In this document: positions 1-12,600 of the stretch, piece by piece
Layout of the letters: every line of letters begins with the position of its first letter
Numbering within the stretch: position 1 is the first letter of the stretch
NCBI RefSeq assembly: GCF_006345805.1
Contig: NC_043012.1
Span: 44,330,001-44,394,000 of the forward strand
Direction: 5' to 3'
DNA from: Octopus sinensis
Taxonomy: Eukaryota
Length of the DNA stretch: 64,000 nt
Translations under genes and position numbers: made by a program
The notes under the pieces: model-generated
What the model was told of the DNA's origin: nothing
The model's input: only the letters and a program-made list of their open reading frames with translations
Database searches by the model: none

Positions 1-1574
1 AAACTGTCATTTACATTACTGGCTCTGTCTATAATCCATCGTACTTATTGGTTGTGGTTTTAAGATATAGGACTTGTTCATAGGCTACCATACTGCACGT
101 TTTCTTTATAAGCTATCGTACTTCAACTCAAAGGTTTTGTATTATTATGTTTGTCAACACTGGCCAGAGACGATAAATTAAAGTACCAATCAACTATTGG
201 GGGGGGGGGTATTTAATTGGCGTCTTCCATCCATTTCGAACGAATTTTCTTAATGCTCTGAGAATATGTCAGGAATGGGTATTATTTGCTTTGAAGAATA
301 TTGCGTCCAACGCAAGTCGGATATAGAAGAAAACACTCTCGGTATCATGTGGTAGTTGATTGTATGATTGCAGAATCTTTACAGCCTTAATCAAAATACT
401 ATAGCTGGTGTTTTGTTATAGTCCTTTGAAATTCTGAGTTCAAATCTCATTAAGGCCTGCATTGTATTTCCCCCTTCCGGGGTTCGATAAAATAAAGTGC
501 AAGTCAACTGGGATCGATTTAGCCCAACGCTGCAATGAGAATCAGCAAGATTTAGTTGAGTAGTGTTTCGTTAGCTCTGACAGCTGAACTCATTTCACGC
601 CATAATTCCAATGAAGCAAGCAGTACTAGCATACTTAATATGATGAGTACGATAACTTTAATCAAGGCTATGTGTATCGAAACTAAGGTTTCGGCTTGGA
701 CGGTTTCCCCTCCTACACTGCATAAAGATAGAATTTTCAAAAGTGATCCAAGACGATAGTGTGCTATGGGGCAATCATTTTAATAAGAGTGTTTGTAATT
801 CTATAATTCCTAAAGTACAATTTCCATGAATCAATAACAATCACCGCCTTTCTTTTTATTTAAATTAAATTATAATTACTTTCTATCTTCATACTGCAGC
901 AATCTAATCTTTCAGCCTGACTTTAAATATATCCATCACCTTCACAGCTGCTTTATATCCGATCAATCACTATTTTCAGTTGAAACCAATCTTAAATTAA
1001 ATCTAAAAGGAATACCAGTCACTATACTTCCGCCGCCATTATCTCAAAATTAATTTTGTTCCGCGCCGTGGAAATTATTATTAATTCTAGAATAACAAGA
1101 TATACTTCTAACGAATGGGTTGCGAGTTTTCATTCTACAGTCTTTTTAAAGACTTAATGAGCCGGGAGCTGCTGCTGCGCCCTAGATGCTCTGAGGCCGG
1201 TAAAATTAAGTCAACCGCTGCAGAAAAAAACTTAGATGATAAGGGGATTCCAGATGGTTGGCTTTCTAAGCTGGAAGGAATTGGTATAACGATTGGTACC
1301 GAACCAAGAACGGCTTTTTACAAGGTTATTTCTTTCGGTGGTGTCTAGTATTTTGACGAATATACAAAGCGATTGACTGCTTAGTCAACACATTAAACAA
1401 ACGAGCGATTGGTTAGATGGATAGATAGATACTTAACCAATTAACTAATAATAATGAAGTGGAGTTGAACATATGCGTGTTGTACTAATATTAGTGTAGA
1501 GATTTTCCAAAAACAAAACAAAATTTATAACTTCTTCCACGTTCATAGTTGATCGATTATTTCACTATCTGCAA

Positions 1575-1798
1575 TTAAATATATATATTACATACATGAA
1601 TATATATATAATATATATACATATATATATGTATATATCTATCTATATATATTACATACATATATATACATATATATATAATATATATATATATTATATA
1701 TGTGTGTGTGTTGTGTGTGTAGTATATAACATATATTATATATGAATATGTATATGTGTGTGTGTATTATATGATATATATATATGTATGTGTGTATA

Positions 1799-1833
<35 letters not shown>
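1575..1833. repeat. (TA)n-rich compound microsatellite
   Basis: Directly visible TA/TG dinucleotide runs. Confidence 0.95.
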
Positions 1834-1836
<3 letters not shown>

Positions 1837-3170
1837 TGGTGGCACAGCTAACCAAAAATTAGATTCGCTAACCGCTAATCCGCTAACTAACAAATTGGCT
1901 TCGCAAACGCTAAACCGCTAAATGATAACAGCTAATTTTTATTATATGAATTCAGCTGCGGTTTGATTCTTTGACTCTAAAACCTTTAAAATTTTCGTGT
2001 CGTAGCTTAGAGATAGAGCTTTCCAAAAAGTTATCGCATGCCAATCAGATGATTTTCAAGGTGTGCGCAAATAATTAAATGAACAAATGAAATTAAACAT
2101 AAGTTTTTCAGTCAACGTACACTTTATTTACTGTACAAAAAGTATGAAACGAATCAAAAGGGTATAGTATAGCATAGGTATCATGCCAAGATCAGATGAT
2201 GGCCAAGGTGTACTACTCTGGCTGGGCCTTCTCCATCACCTCGACGTGATGCTGGTTGCTCTTCATAGACATCAGCTTCTCAAAGTTACCATCTGAAAGG
2301 GTAGCTCGCTTGGCCTATAGAGAATAGGTGCTCAACTACAGCACTGAATGGGATGGCGGTGGTGTACTTGGTGAACAGTTCGATCAAGATCTGCTCACCC
2401 AAAAAGGCGAATTCAGTCAGGACGTCCTTCGAAGTAGCCTCCAGCCAGGTGGTTACCAAGTTCTGCGCCTTGGACTGCCTCTCCTTATATTATATAGTTT
2501 GATCCTCTCTTCAAACTGGATGGCATGCGCTGGGTGTTTCCTCTTGGCCTGTGAATTCAAGGTGTAGAGGCTAGCCGCTTCCCTTGATGATGGCCTCCCT
2601 AGGCTGGCCCATGACGCACCGGAAAAACAGGATTTTGGCATTCCTCTTATCCTTTATCGTAAAGACAAAGTAATCCTCCAGGTGGAGTCATGGGTTATGA
2701 GACAACCTGAGCGACCTCTGCCTCACCCACAGCCATTGCAGACTCCTCAACAGGCCCTTCATCCTCGGGCCGAACAAAAACGTCTTCACCTTCCATAACG
2801 ATAAGCGATAACTTGATAAACTGATAACGTACACTGCTGTTGCTGACACTGTCAAACAGTCTGTAATGTAACAACGTCGTAAGTGAACACAACACAAAAC
2901 TGCAGAATTACACAATTGTGCTCAGCAAGATGATGCTAGGTCGACCAATCACGTCTTGTCACGTATACACGTAGTCAGCCAATAGCGTGCCTGACGGACT
3001 TTCGAGACACGCCCACAATAGACAGGAACAAACTTATGAATTATGTTAGCAGACTTGAAATTAGCGGAAGCTAATTGATCCGCTGACTAATTGCAAAATT
3101 AGCGAAAACGATAATCCACTAAACAAAAAATTGACTTTCCTAATTAGTTGTTAGCGGATCAGCAGAACCG
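1834..3170 (-). mobile_element. hAT-superfamily DNA transposon, internally deleted; right terminus degraded
   Basis: Left end CAGTGGTGGCACAGCTAACC. Clustered GCTAA motifs on the left and mirrored TTAGC motifs on the right (3040-3160). Contains transposase remnants on the minus strand. Confidence 0.8.
2213..2796 (-). pseudogene. hAT transposase remnant (BED-finger-like N-terminus joined to C-terminal dimerisation domain)
   Basis: Minus-strand frames give MEGEDVFVRPEDEG..., RCVMGQPREAIIK / KRKHPAHAIQFEERIK (BED-like), LFTKYTTAIPFSAVVEHLFSIG and AKRATLSDGNFEKLM (hAT dimerisation motif). Frameshifted, catalytic core missing. Confidence 0.8.
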
Positions 3171-3174
3171 TGTT

Positions 3175-3176
3175 CA

Positions 3177-3212
<36 letters not shown>

Positions 3213-3245
3213 TGTATGTATGTAGTATGTATGTATATGTATTAT

Positions 3246-3291
<46 letters not shown>

Positions 3292-3346
3292 ATATATAAT
3301 ATATATATATATACACACATACATACATATATATATACACACTGAT

Positions 3347-3397
<51 letters not shown>

Positions 3398-3440
3398 TAT
3401 ATATATAATATATATACATACATACATTACATACATACAA
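3175..3440. repeat. (TATG)n/(TA)n compound microsatellite
   Basis: Directly visible. Confidence 0.95.
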
Positions 3441-3507
3441 AATGGGACAAGAACGCAAAACATCCAGACAGTTAGGTGTTACAAAAAAGGGACAACAAAT
3501 ATCTAAA

Positions 3508-3607
3508 NNNNNNNNNNNNNNNNNNNNNNNNNNNNNNNNNNNNNNNNNNNNNNNNNNNNNNNNNNNNNNNNNNNNNNNNNNNNNNNNNNNNNNNNNNNNN
3601 NNNNNNN
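3508..3607. other. Assembly gap (100 N)
   Basis: Run of exactly 100 N. Confidence 0.99.
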
Positions 3608-3984
3608 TATATATATATTATATATATATATACAAATATATATATACACATATGCGTTATATATATGAGTATGTTAAGAGAGAGGAGAGCATATATGGAT
3701 GTGGGAACTTTTTGCATATGTAGTAACGGATAATATTTGGTAAGGTGAGAACTTCTGGCTATTTTTTTAATAGTCAACTGTGCATGTTTATGCATGCATG
3801 CATGTATGTGACAACGTGCACATACAAACATACATACAAGATGTGTGTGTACGGTTAGAGCGCGCGCGCGTGTGTGTGTGCATGCGTGTTGATTCCGCCG
3901 TATCATATTACTATATGCACATGCGTATTATACATACTATGTTTATGTGTGTGTGTGTAAAAATGATTATGCATCTATCGATGT

Positions 3985-4095
3985 GTATGCGTGTCTGTGG
4001 GGTACTCAGCCACTTGTACGTTAATTCCACGAGCAGGCTGTTCCGTTGATCGGATCAACTGGAACCGTCGTCGTCGCAACCGACGGAGTGCCAGT
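3985..4095 (-). mobile_element. Interspersed repeat family D fragment (SINE-like)
   Basis: Reverse complement of the repeat at 8005-8190 (ACGTGCAAGTGGCTGAG...GTACCC). Confidence 0.6.
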
Positions 4096-4253
4096 ATGTA
4101 TGAACATACGTGTGTATAAATTTATTTAGTTTTTTTTTTTTAATAATTTACGCCACAATTTTCAGTTATTTTACAATATATTTGTGGGTGTGTAACTGTT
4201 TCGATCGTCGGTCGGCAGCTGTGCTGGAGCACCGCATGTACATACAAACATAA

Positions 4254-4572
4254 ATGTGTGCGAGCGTGTGTGCGTGTGTGTGTGTGTAATGTGTATGTGC
4301 ATGTGTGTGTATGTGTTTATGTGTGTGTGTGCATGTGTGTGTTTATGTGTGTATGCATGTGTGTGTGTGAGTGCATGTGTGTGTGCATGTGTGTGTGTGC
4401 ATGTGTGTGTGCGTGTGTATGTTTGTGTGTGTGTGTGTGCATGTGTGTGTGTTTATGTGTGTGTGTATGTGTGTTTGTGTGTGTGTGGTGTGTGTGCATG
4501 TGTGTGTGCATGTGTGTGTGTTTGTGTGTGTGTATGTGTGTGTGCATGTGTGTGTGTGTGTGTGTGTGTGTC
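4254..4572. repeat. Complex (TG)n microsatellite with recurring ATGTGTGTGTGC unit
   Basis: About 320 bp of mostly alternating purine-pyrimidine sequence. Confidence 0.95.
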
Positions 4573-4737
4573 TACGACGAAGTATATTCATGTTTCGTTC
4601 ATTCAGGTCAGTGTGACTCGATGTATTCAAAACACAGCTGAATGCAGATATGCATGCGTACATTGATGTCAGATTCTCGTCTGATGCACTTTTCTCTCGT
4701 GTGCATTATATAGTATGCGTATACGAGATTATATACA

Positions 4738-5147
4738 GGCGCAGGCGTGGCTGTGTAGTAAGAAGCTTGCTTCTCAACCACATGGTTCTGGGTTCGGTCT
4801 CATTGCGTGGCACCTTGAGCAAGTGTCTTCTACTATAACCTCGGGCCGGCCAAAGCCACGTGAGTGGATTTAGAAGATGGAAATTGAAAGAAGCCCAACA
4901 TATATGTGTGTATGTGTGTGTGTGTGTGTGTCTTCGTGTCTGTGTTTGACCCCCTCCCCACCATCGCTGGACAACCGATGTTGGTGTGTTTATGACCCCT
5001 TAACTCAGCGATTCGGCAAAAGAGACGATAGAATATGTACTAGGCTTGCAAACAATAAGTCCTGAGGTCGATTTCTTCGAGTAAAACTCTCTAAGGCGGT
5101 GCTCCAACATGGCCGCAGTCAAATGACTGAAACATGTAAAAGAATAA
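4738..5147 (+). mobile_element. tRNA-headed SINE family A with internal microsatellite
   Basis: Head GGCGCAGGCGTGGCTGTG...GGTTCGGTC (A/B-box-like), body GCACCTTGAGCAAGTGTCTTCTAC, tail GTAAAAGAATAAA. Many homologous copies in the window. Confidence 0.85.
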
Positions 5148-5148
5148 A

Positions 5149-5187
<39 letters not shown>

Positions 5188-5457
5188 TAATAAATAAAAT
5201 ATATGCATACATACAAACATATATGTACGTACCGACATCTACATGTATATATACATGCATATATAAATATATATACGTACAGACATCACAGGAAGACGAA
5301 AAAATCAACAGAACGAAAACGGAAAAGCCATTTTGTTACAACAGAAGGACAGAGACGTGGAACAAGACCGAAAACAGGAAAAACTTATGTACAGCAGAAA
5401 AAAACGAAGTACAGGACATGCTGCACAAGGAAAAATCCCCTTCATCCGCTGTCGCTA

Positions 5458-5505
<48 letters not shown>

Positions 5506-5599
5506 CTGTCTGGACACTAAATCCTTCAGAAATTCCATGCTTTCCAAAACTGACCTACACTACTCCCGGCTCTTGACATGTTTATGCACACTTTCTTCT

Positions 5600-6092
5600 T
5601 TCTGACTTGTTCCTTTTTGTCTTTACTCTTTTACTCTTTTATTTTTTTACTCTTTTACTTGTTTCAGTCATTTGACTGCGGCCATGCTGGAGCACCGCCT
5701 TTAATCGAGCAACTTGACCCCGGGACTTATTCTTTTGTAAGCCCGTACTTATTCTATCGGTCTCTTTTGCCGAACCGCTAAGTAACGGGGACATAAACAC
5801 ACCAGCATCGGCTGTCAAGCAATGCTAGGGGGACAAACACAGACACACAAACACACACGCATATATATATAATATATATATATTATATATATATATATCT
5901 ATTATATATATATATATTATATATATATATATACGATAGGCTTCTCTCAGTTTCCGTCTAACAAATTCACCCTCAAGTCACTGGTCGGTCCGGGGGTATA
6001 GTAGAAGACACTTGTCCAAGGTGCCACGCAGTAAGATTGAACCTGAAACTATGTGATTAGGAAGCAATCTCCTTACCACACAGCCACGCCTG
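5600..6092 (-). mobile_element. SINE family A
   Basis: Reverse-complement copy; body very similar to 8789-9207 and 41105-41570. Confidence 0.85.
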
Positions 6093-6356
6093 CTTCAATG
6101 TTTCTGTTTTTCCCTGTCTTATTGTACTTTTGGCTATCATTGCTGCCATGACTTCCTGCTGATTTCTGTCCCTTTTTTTGTTCTACCCTTTTCTGGCACC
6201 GGAACACTTTCTGTTTCATTCTCTCAGGGTTGGTAAAATAAGTACCAGCTGCCAACCAATTAGGATCGATGTAATACACTTCTCGCCTTCCCTGAATTCA
6301 TTGGCCTTGTGCCCATATCATTATTATTATTATCATTATTATTATTATTATTACTA

Positions 6357-6395
<39 letters not shown>

Positions 6396-6514
6396 GGCAA
6401 GCTAGCAGAATCGTTAGTACCAGTCGAGTGCTGGAGTCAATGTGATTGACTGTCCCCCTCCCCACAAAATCCAGTCCTTGTGCCTATAGTAGAAATGGTT
6501 GTTGTTGTTGTAAG

Positions 6515-6705
6515 GCAGCGAGCTAGCAGAATGGTTAGCGATACTTCGTTCGTCTTTACGTTCTGAGTTCAAATTCCGCCAAGGTTGACTTCGCCTTTCA
6601 TCCTTTCGGGGTCGACAAAATAAGCACCAATTGAGTACTAGGGTCGATGTAATCAACCTAACCCCTACCTCAAAAATTTCAGCCCTTGTGCCTTTAGTAG
6701 AAAGA
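6515..6705 (+). mobile_element. SINE family B (CORE-like domain)
   Basis: GGCAGCGAGCTAGCAGAA head and GGTTGACTTCGCCTTTCATCCTTTCGGGGTCGAC core. Confidence 0.8.
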
Positions 6706-6732
6706 ATTATTGTTGCTGTTGTTGTTGACGAC

Positions 6733-6807
<75 letters not shown>

Positions 6808-7284
6808 GTGTGTACTTGAAACAAGTATCAATGAAACACCGATAGGTTAGACATTTAAAGCTAATCAGATAAGCAGAGGGAGGGTGAGAAAGAGAGATAA
6901 AGAGAGAGAGAGAGAGAGAGATAGCGTGAGAGAGTGGGAAAAAGAGGGAGAGAGAGAGAGAAGAAAAGAACTGACAGTGATAAAAGAAAGAGACAAGGTA
7001 CATGATAGTGATTGTGAAAGTGAAAGTGCGACTGTTGATCTAGAAAAGAACAAGATTTTGTTGTGTTGAAGCAACAATGCGAGAAACGGGTTGCGAGGAT
7101 GCACTGGATGCCGCATTACTCCTGCAGTCACTTCGACGACTTGTATATCTTATATGCAATGTTTGTTTTCATTTATAATTTGCATTTATTTCCGTTACTC
7201 TTCGATTTCCTGTTTTCATTGATAATCAGCGCCGATAAATTAAACGAATACATGATTGTTTATTACTTTATAAATGTGTGTAGG

Positions 7285-7535
7285 GAGGTATGTATATATA
7301 TGTATGTATGTCAGTATGTATACATGTACGTATGTATGTTTACATGTACGTATACATGTACGTATGTATATTTACATGTATGTAACATGTACGTATATAT
7401 GTGTATGTATGGATGTATACATGTACGTATGTATGTGTATGTATGGATGTATACATGTACGTATGTATGTGTATGTATGTATGTATACATGTATGTATGT
7501 ATACATGTATGTATGTATGTGTATGTATGTGTACA
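7285..7535. repeat. Degenerate (TATG/TACATG)n low-complexity tract
   Basis: Directly visible. Confidence 0.9.
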
Positions 7536-7769
7536 CACTGAAACACACATAAAGAATAAATAAACATACGCACGTTTATATGAATAGATAGAAAGATAAA
7601 TTCATGAATTAATGGATGGATGGATGGAAATGAGTTTTTGAAAGACGAGTAGGACAAGGCACTTGATGCTGAGATTGCGAAAGGAGAGGAGTTAAACTCG
7701 TGCTAAAAGTAGAGGTAACCTGCTTCCCTTTATATACCCCTATTTCCATAATAGATCGATCGATAAAGA

Positions 7770-7812
7770 GGTAGATAGATAGATAGATTGATAGATAGAT
7801 AGACAGACACAC

Positions 7813-7847
<35 letters not shown>

Positions 7848-7856
7848 CAGACACAC

Positions 7857-7943
<87 letters not shown>

Positions 7944-7945
7944 CC
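7770..7945. repeat. (ATAG)n microsatellite
   Basis: Directly visible. Confidence 0.97.
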
Positions 7946-8004
7946 CCCAGTATACGGGTGTGTATGTCTATGCGTATTGAATATTTCTCAGTATGTTTGT
8001 ATAT

Positions 8005-8190
8005 TGGTCCTCCGTCGGTTACGACGATGAGAGTTTCAGTCGATCCAGTCTACGGAACAGCTTGCTCGTGAAATTAACGTGCAAGTGGCTGAGCACTCTT
8101 CAGACACGCGTACCCTTAACGTAATTCCCAGGGAGATTCTGCGTGATTCAGAATGTGACAAGGCTGGCCTTTTGAAATACAGGTGCTGCA
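8005..8190 (+). mobile_element. Interspersed repeat family D (SINE-like)
   Basis: Homologous to 3985-4095 and, more weakly, 45540-45680. Confidence 0.6.
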
Positions 8191-8788
8191 GACACATACA
8201 CGTAAATATTATGATTGTTATTTTTATATATTAAATTGGGGACAGAAATACCAAACGCTATGAGTGAATGCCCGACGTTATTTAGCTACATTTTCTAACG
8301 TTGTTAGTTACAATCATAACGACTAGTAAAATAAGTACCAGTTATATGTTGAAATCGTTTCGTTTGACCGCTACTGCTCTCATTAAGGTAGAAAAGTGAA
8401 AAATATTTATCGAGGATGTTGATCGCTTCTTTTATACGTCTGTAGGCTGCTACAATGTTACACTGAACATTATCGTATCGTGTAATTTATTATTTACCTT
8501 GGGGGCATGGTTGTGTAGTTAAGGAGCGCGCCTTGCAGCCACGCGGTTTCGGGTTCAATCTCACTGCGTGGCACATTGAACATACGTCTTGTACTACAAC
8601 CTTGGGCCGACCAATGCCTTGTGGGTGAATTTAGCAGACGGAAATTATGCGGAAACCCGTCGTGTGTGTATATACATATATGCGTGTGTGTGTGTGTGTG
8701 TGTGTGTTCATGTTGATCCCCACCACCGCCTGACAAAAGGTACTGGTTTGTTTACGTCCCCATTCGGCAGCAGTGACCAATAAAATAT

Positions 8789-8953
8789 GGCGCAGGAGTG
8801 GCTGTGTGGTAAGTAGCTTGTTCACCAACCACATGGTTCCGGGTTCAGTCCCACTGCGTGGCACCTTGGGCAAGTGTCTTCTACTATAGCCTCGGGCCGA
8901 CCAAAGCCTTGTGAGTGAATTTGGTAGACGGAAACTGAAAGAAGCCCGTCGTA

Positions 8954-8991
<38 letters not shown>

Positions 8992-9207
8992 TGTGTGTGT
9001 TTGTCCCCCTAGCATTGCTTGACAGCCGATGCTGGTGTGTTTATGTCCCCGTTACTTAGCGGTTCGGCAAAAGAGCCCGGTAGAATGAGTACTGGGTTTA
9101 CAAAAGAATAAGTCCCGGGGTCGAGTTGCTCGATTAAAGGCGGTGCTCCAGCATGGCCGCAGTCAAATGACTGAAACAAGTAAAAGAGTAAAAGAGAGTA
9201 AAGAGTA
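8789..9207 (+). mobile_element. SINE family A, full-length, CpG-intact
   Basis: Complete head, internal (TA)n(TG)n, and GTAAAAGA-repeat tail. A truncated variant copy precedes it at 8503-8770. Confidence 0.9.
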
Positions 9208-9804
9208 AAATATAGGAAGAAGGGTTGCTTTATTCAACTGAGCTCTTCAAGCTTCTGCCTCTGCGCGGTCGCAGTCCAGTGACCGACACAAGTAAAAGAT
9301 AATACTGTCAGAATTTCTTAACGTAAAACTTTCTTGGTCTGAGGCCCACTTTTTGGCAGGGTCTGAAGATAGTAGTAGTAGTAGTTGTTGTTGTTGCCAA
9401 TATGGTTGGCAACGGCAACCTTATTCTTAAAATGTGGTATACACACGCGGGAACACATACCTACATACATACATACGTACTTGCGCGCGCGCGCGTGACG
9501 GATGCAGCCCAGTGCAAAGACGGTGCCCCACCTCCCGGATAAATTTCAAAACACTAAAGTTATTATTATTATCATTATAGTACACACGACTACCTATTTA
9601 CCTCGATTTTTGTGAGTTTTCCCTTATTTCCCAATTGCACTCCACCTCTGCCAACAGTCTTAACCTGGATGCGATCCTGATGTTGCAAATGCTTTTCGTC
9701 TACACTTTGTCGTTGTTGTAGTTGGGCTCAGGTTGTCGTCACTGGTTCGGCATACAGATGACCAAAAGCATTCTAGCAATGAATGTCCCGTATATTTCTT
9801 TTAT

Positions 9805-9861
9805 AGCGCTGGACTACTACTACTACTAGTAGTGGTGGTAGTAGTCGTAGTAGTAGTAGTT

Positions 9862-9923
<62 letters not shown>

Positions 9924-9940
9924 TGTTGTTGTTGTTGTTT
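9805..9940. repeat. (TAG)n/(TTG)n microsatellite
   Basis: Directly visible. Confidence 0.97.
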
Positions 9941-10321
9941 GACCCAACGCTTGCTCTAAATGACCAGACCTGTAATCAAAAGCATTCGAATTGCGACCAA
10001 CGTCTGTTTTATAAAGATTTAAGTCCACCCAGTACTACTCTTAGAGCGATTTTTCTGGCTCTTTGTTATTAATATTGGTTTCAAATTTTGGCGCAAGCCC
10101 AGCAGTTTCGTTGTGAGGAGGAAAGTCGATTATACTGACTCCAGTGTTCAACTGGTACTTATTTGATCGACCCCGAAAAGATGAAAGGCAAAGTCGACCA
10201 CGGAACTCAGAACGTAAAGACGAACGAAATGGCGCTAAGCATTTCGCACGGCGTAGCAAAGTTTCTGCTAGTTCACCACATTCTCGTTGTTGTCGATACT
10301 AATGATAATCAACATTAATGA

Positions 10322-10718
10322 TCTTTTCTACTATAGGCACAAGGTCTGAAATTTGTGGGGAGGGAACCAGTCAATTACATCGACCCCAGTGTGTAACTGG
10401 TACTTAATTTATCGACCCCCGAAGGGATGACAGATAAAGTCGAACCCAGCGGCTTTTGAACTCAGAACATAAAGACAGACGAAATACCTATTTCTTTACT
10501 ACCCACAAGGGGCTAAACACAGAGAGGACAGACAAGGACAAACAAACGGATTAAGTCGATTACATCGACCCCAGTGCGTAACTGGTACTTAATTTATCGA
10601 CCCCGAAAGGATGAAAGGCAAAGTCGACCTCGGCGGAATTTGAACCCAGAACGTAACGGCAGACGAAATACGGCTACGCATTTCGCCCGGCCTGCTAACG
10701 TTTCTGCCAGCTCGCCAT
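10322..10718 (-). mobile_element. SINE family B, dimeric form
   Basis: Two CORE-like units joined by a fixed linker; same structure at 14186-14565 (+) and 18968-19360 (-). A monomer lies at 10070-10260. Confidence 0.85.
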
Positions 10719-10759
10719 ATTCTCTTCGTTATGGATATTAATGATAATTAGCATTAATA

Positions 10760-12490
10760 ATAGTAGAGGATGTTGGATGGATAGAACCAGTGTAACAATC
10801 TTGTAATGAGTCGATACAATCGACTGACTTTCTTCGAGTGTTTGTGCTTTATCGGAAATTATCGGGAGAATTCTTATTTCTGTGAGTTGTGGTGTGACGA
10901 TGCTGCCGGGGAATATGAACAGCAAGGAATATATCATCGATATTTCAGGAAAATAACTTTGCTGAGTTTAAGATTTTGGCAAGGTGCTGGCGAAGAGACT
11001 GGCGTGTTATTCTCTGCATGCCTGTCTACAACAATCTCCGCCTCATGCAATATATCGCAGAGAGGACAGGTTAAAAAGTCTAGCTGATCGATTTGTATGA
11101 ATAGAAAGCTTTATGGGTCGGACATCGCTACGTAGTGGTGGTCCCCAATGCAACTAATGTTGGTTCCGTTTTCACCAAGCAGAACCTTTTCGAATCTCAC
11201 ACCCGAGCCATCAAAGGCGCTTCTTTTCTTCACACCTATATATTCTGCTGCAGAAGCTGGGTGAATTTAGAGGTATTTACTCGAACTAGGATGCGGGAAG
11301 GAAGGCCGTGTCGACAAACGCAGATAACATTACCGTAATGTTGAACACTACAGAACTTGAGGTGATCGGCATCGTCTGAAGTAATATCAGGCAGTACAAA
11401 GAACGCATCTCATACAGGACAAATCAATGGGTTTGAAACTCCGCATCTGAAGATGCAAGTTCAGATTGGCTGGACGGTCGCTGGACCGAAAGTCAGGTTT
11501 AGGCACTTCGTCTCGTTCGTGTTGGACCTGGTGAATAAGAACTTGGTCAAGTTTATGAAAGTGTGGTCAGTCTTATCTAGAAATGGACTGAGAGGAAGCA
11601 ATCCCTGTAAGGTCGGGCTGAGATGGTAAATGCGTCTATCACCTTCGTCATAAATATACATTGGTTTCAAATTTTGGCACATGGCCAGTAATTTCAGGGG
11701 AGGAGGAAAGTCGATTTGATCGACCCCAGTGCTCGACTGGTACTTATTTTATCGACCCCGAAAGGATGAAAGGCAAAGTATCTCAGCGGAATTTGAATTC
11801 AGAACGTAAAGACGGAAGAAATGCCACTAAGCATTTAGCCCGAGGTACTAACGATTCTGCCAGCTTGCCGCCTTATCATAAATATATATTACCATCTGGC
11901 CATCGTACCTTGCTCCAGTTTTCGCTTGTCGGGGAGTATCTTCACTTTCGTTTCTTGTGAAAGGAATGCGTTCCACTAGTCTGGCGATCCATCTGCTGTG
12001 AAGACCCTCTGCATAAAAGGCTTGCTACGCTGTAGCTGATAATGCACAGATATACGCTGAGACTGCAGCATCTACAAATATTCCTAGACAGGAAGCAAAT
12101 GCGATTCCTTTTGTCACGCACAACTTCCCACAGCTCTTTTGTCTTTGCCGGAACTGTAGACCTGGATCAAACAAGGACCAAGATTGGGCGCTTGGTCTAT
12201 GCTTTTATCAGGCAATGCCGTCCGTGGAACTTCATAGTGGCGTTCTATTGGAAATAGGTAATGGGAAAGAGCGCCAACGTTCTTGGGGAAGCTTTAGGCG
12301 TTGACCAGAGTCAACTGACTGCAGAATTTTCAGTTTAGGAAGTTTGGGTAATTTCCAGAAATCCCTTGTCTGGCAGTGCTGTGTGGTAGGGAATGTTACT
12401 GGTTTGTGTTAAAATCCACAGGCACGGAAGAGCCGTCAGCGGAACCTGACTAAGATATTTGCAAAGTCACGAAAGCCTTTTACACGAACT
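10760..12490 (-). pseudogene. Decayed non-LTR retrotransposon ORF, probably restriction-like-endonuclease (R2/R4/Hero-type) clade, 3' part
   Basis: Minus-strand frames give LSPTLQGLLPLSPFLDK, FRSSDRPANLNL, SCMRCVLC...DDADHLKFC...CRH (CCHC knuckle followed by RH). Many stops and frameshifts; interrupted by a SINE with target-site duplication. Confidence 0.45.
11663..11875 (-). mobile_element. SINE family B with 15-bp target-site duplication
   Basis: TCATAAATATACATT (11648-11662) and TCATAAATATATATT (11876-11890) flank the copy. Confidence 0.9.
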
Positions 12491-12563
12491 CATTCAATGT
12501 CCAGAGATTTGCTGATTTTTGTGGAGGTGTTTGCAGAGCAGCTGTTGTCAGAGGGAAGATGGA

Positions 12564-12600
<37 letters not shown>

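Noticed and set aside
5410-5462. Minus-strand CGGATGA followed by a stem, possible hammerhead
   Set aside because: No GAAA, stem III or NUH site follows.
8503-8580. tRNA-like sequences with A/B boxes (here and at other SINE heads)
   Set aside because: They continue into SINE bodies and lack a proper cloverleaf; not tRNA genes.
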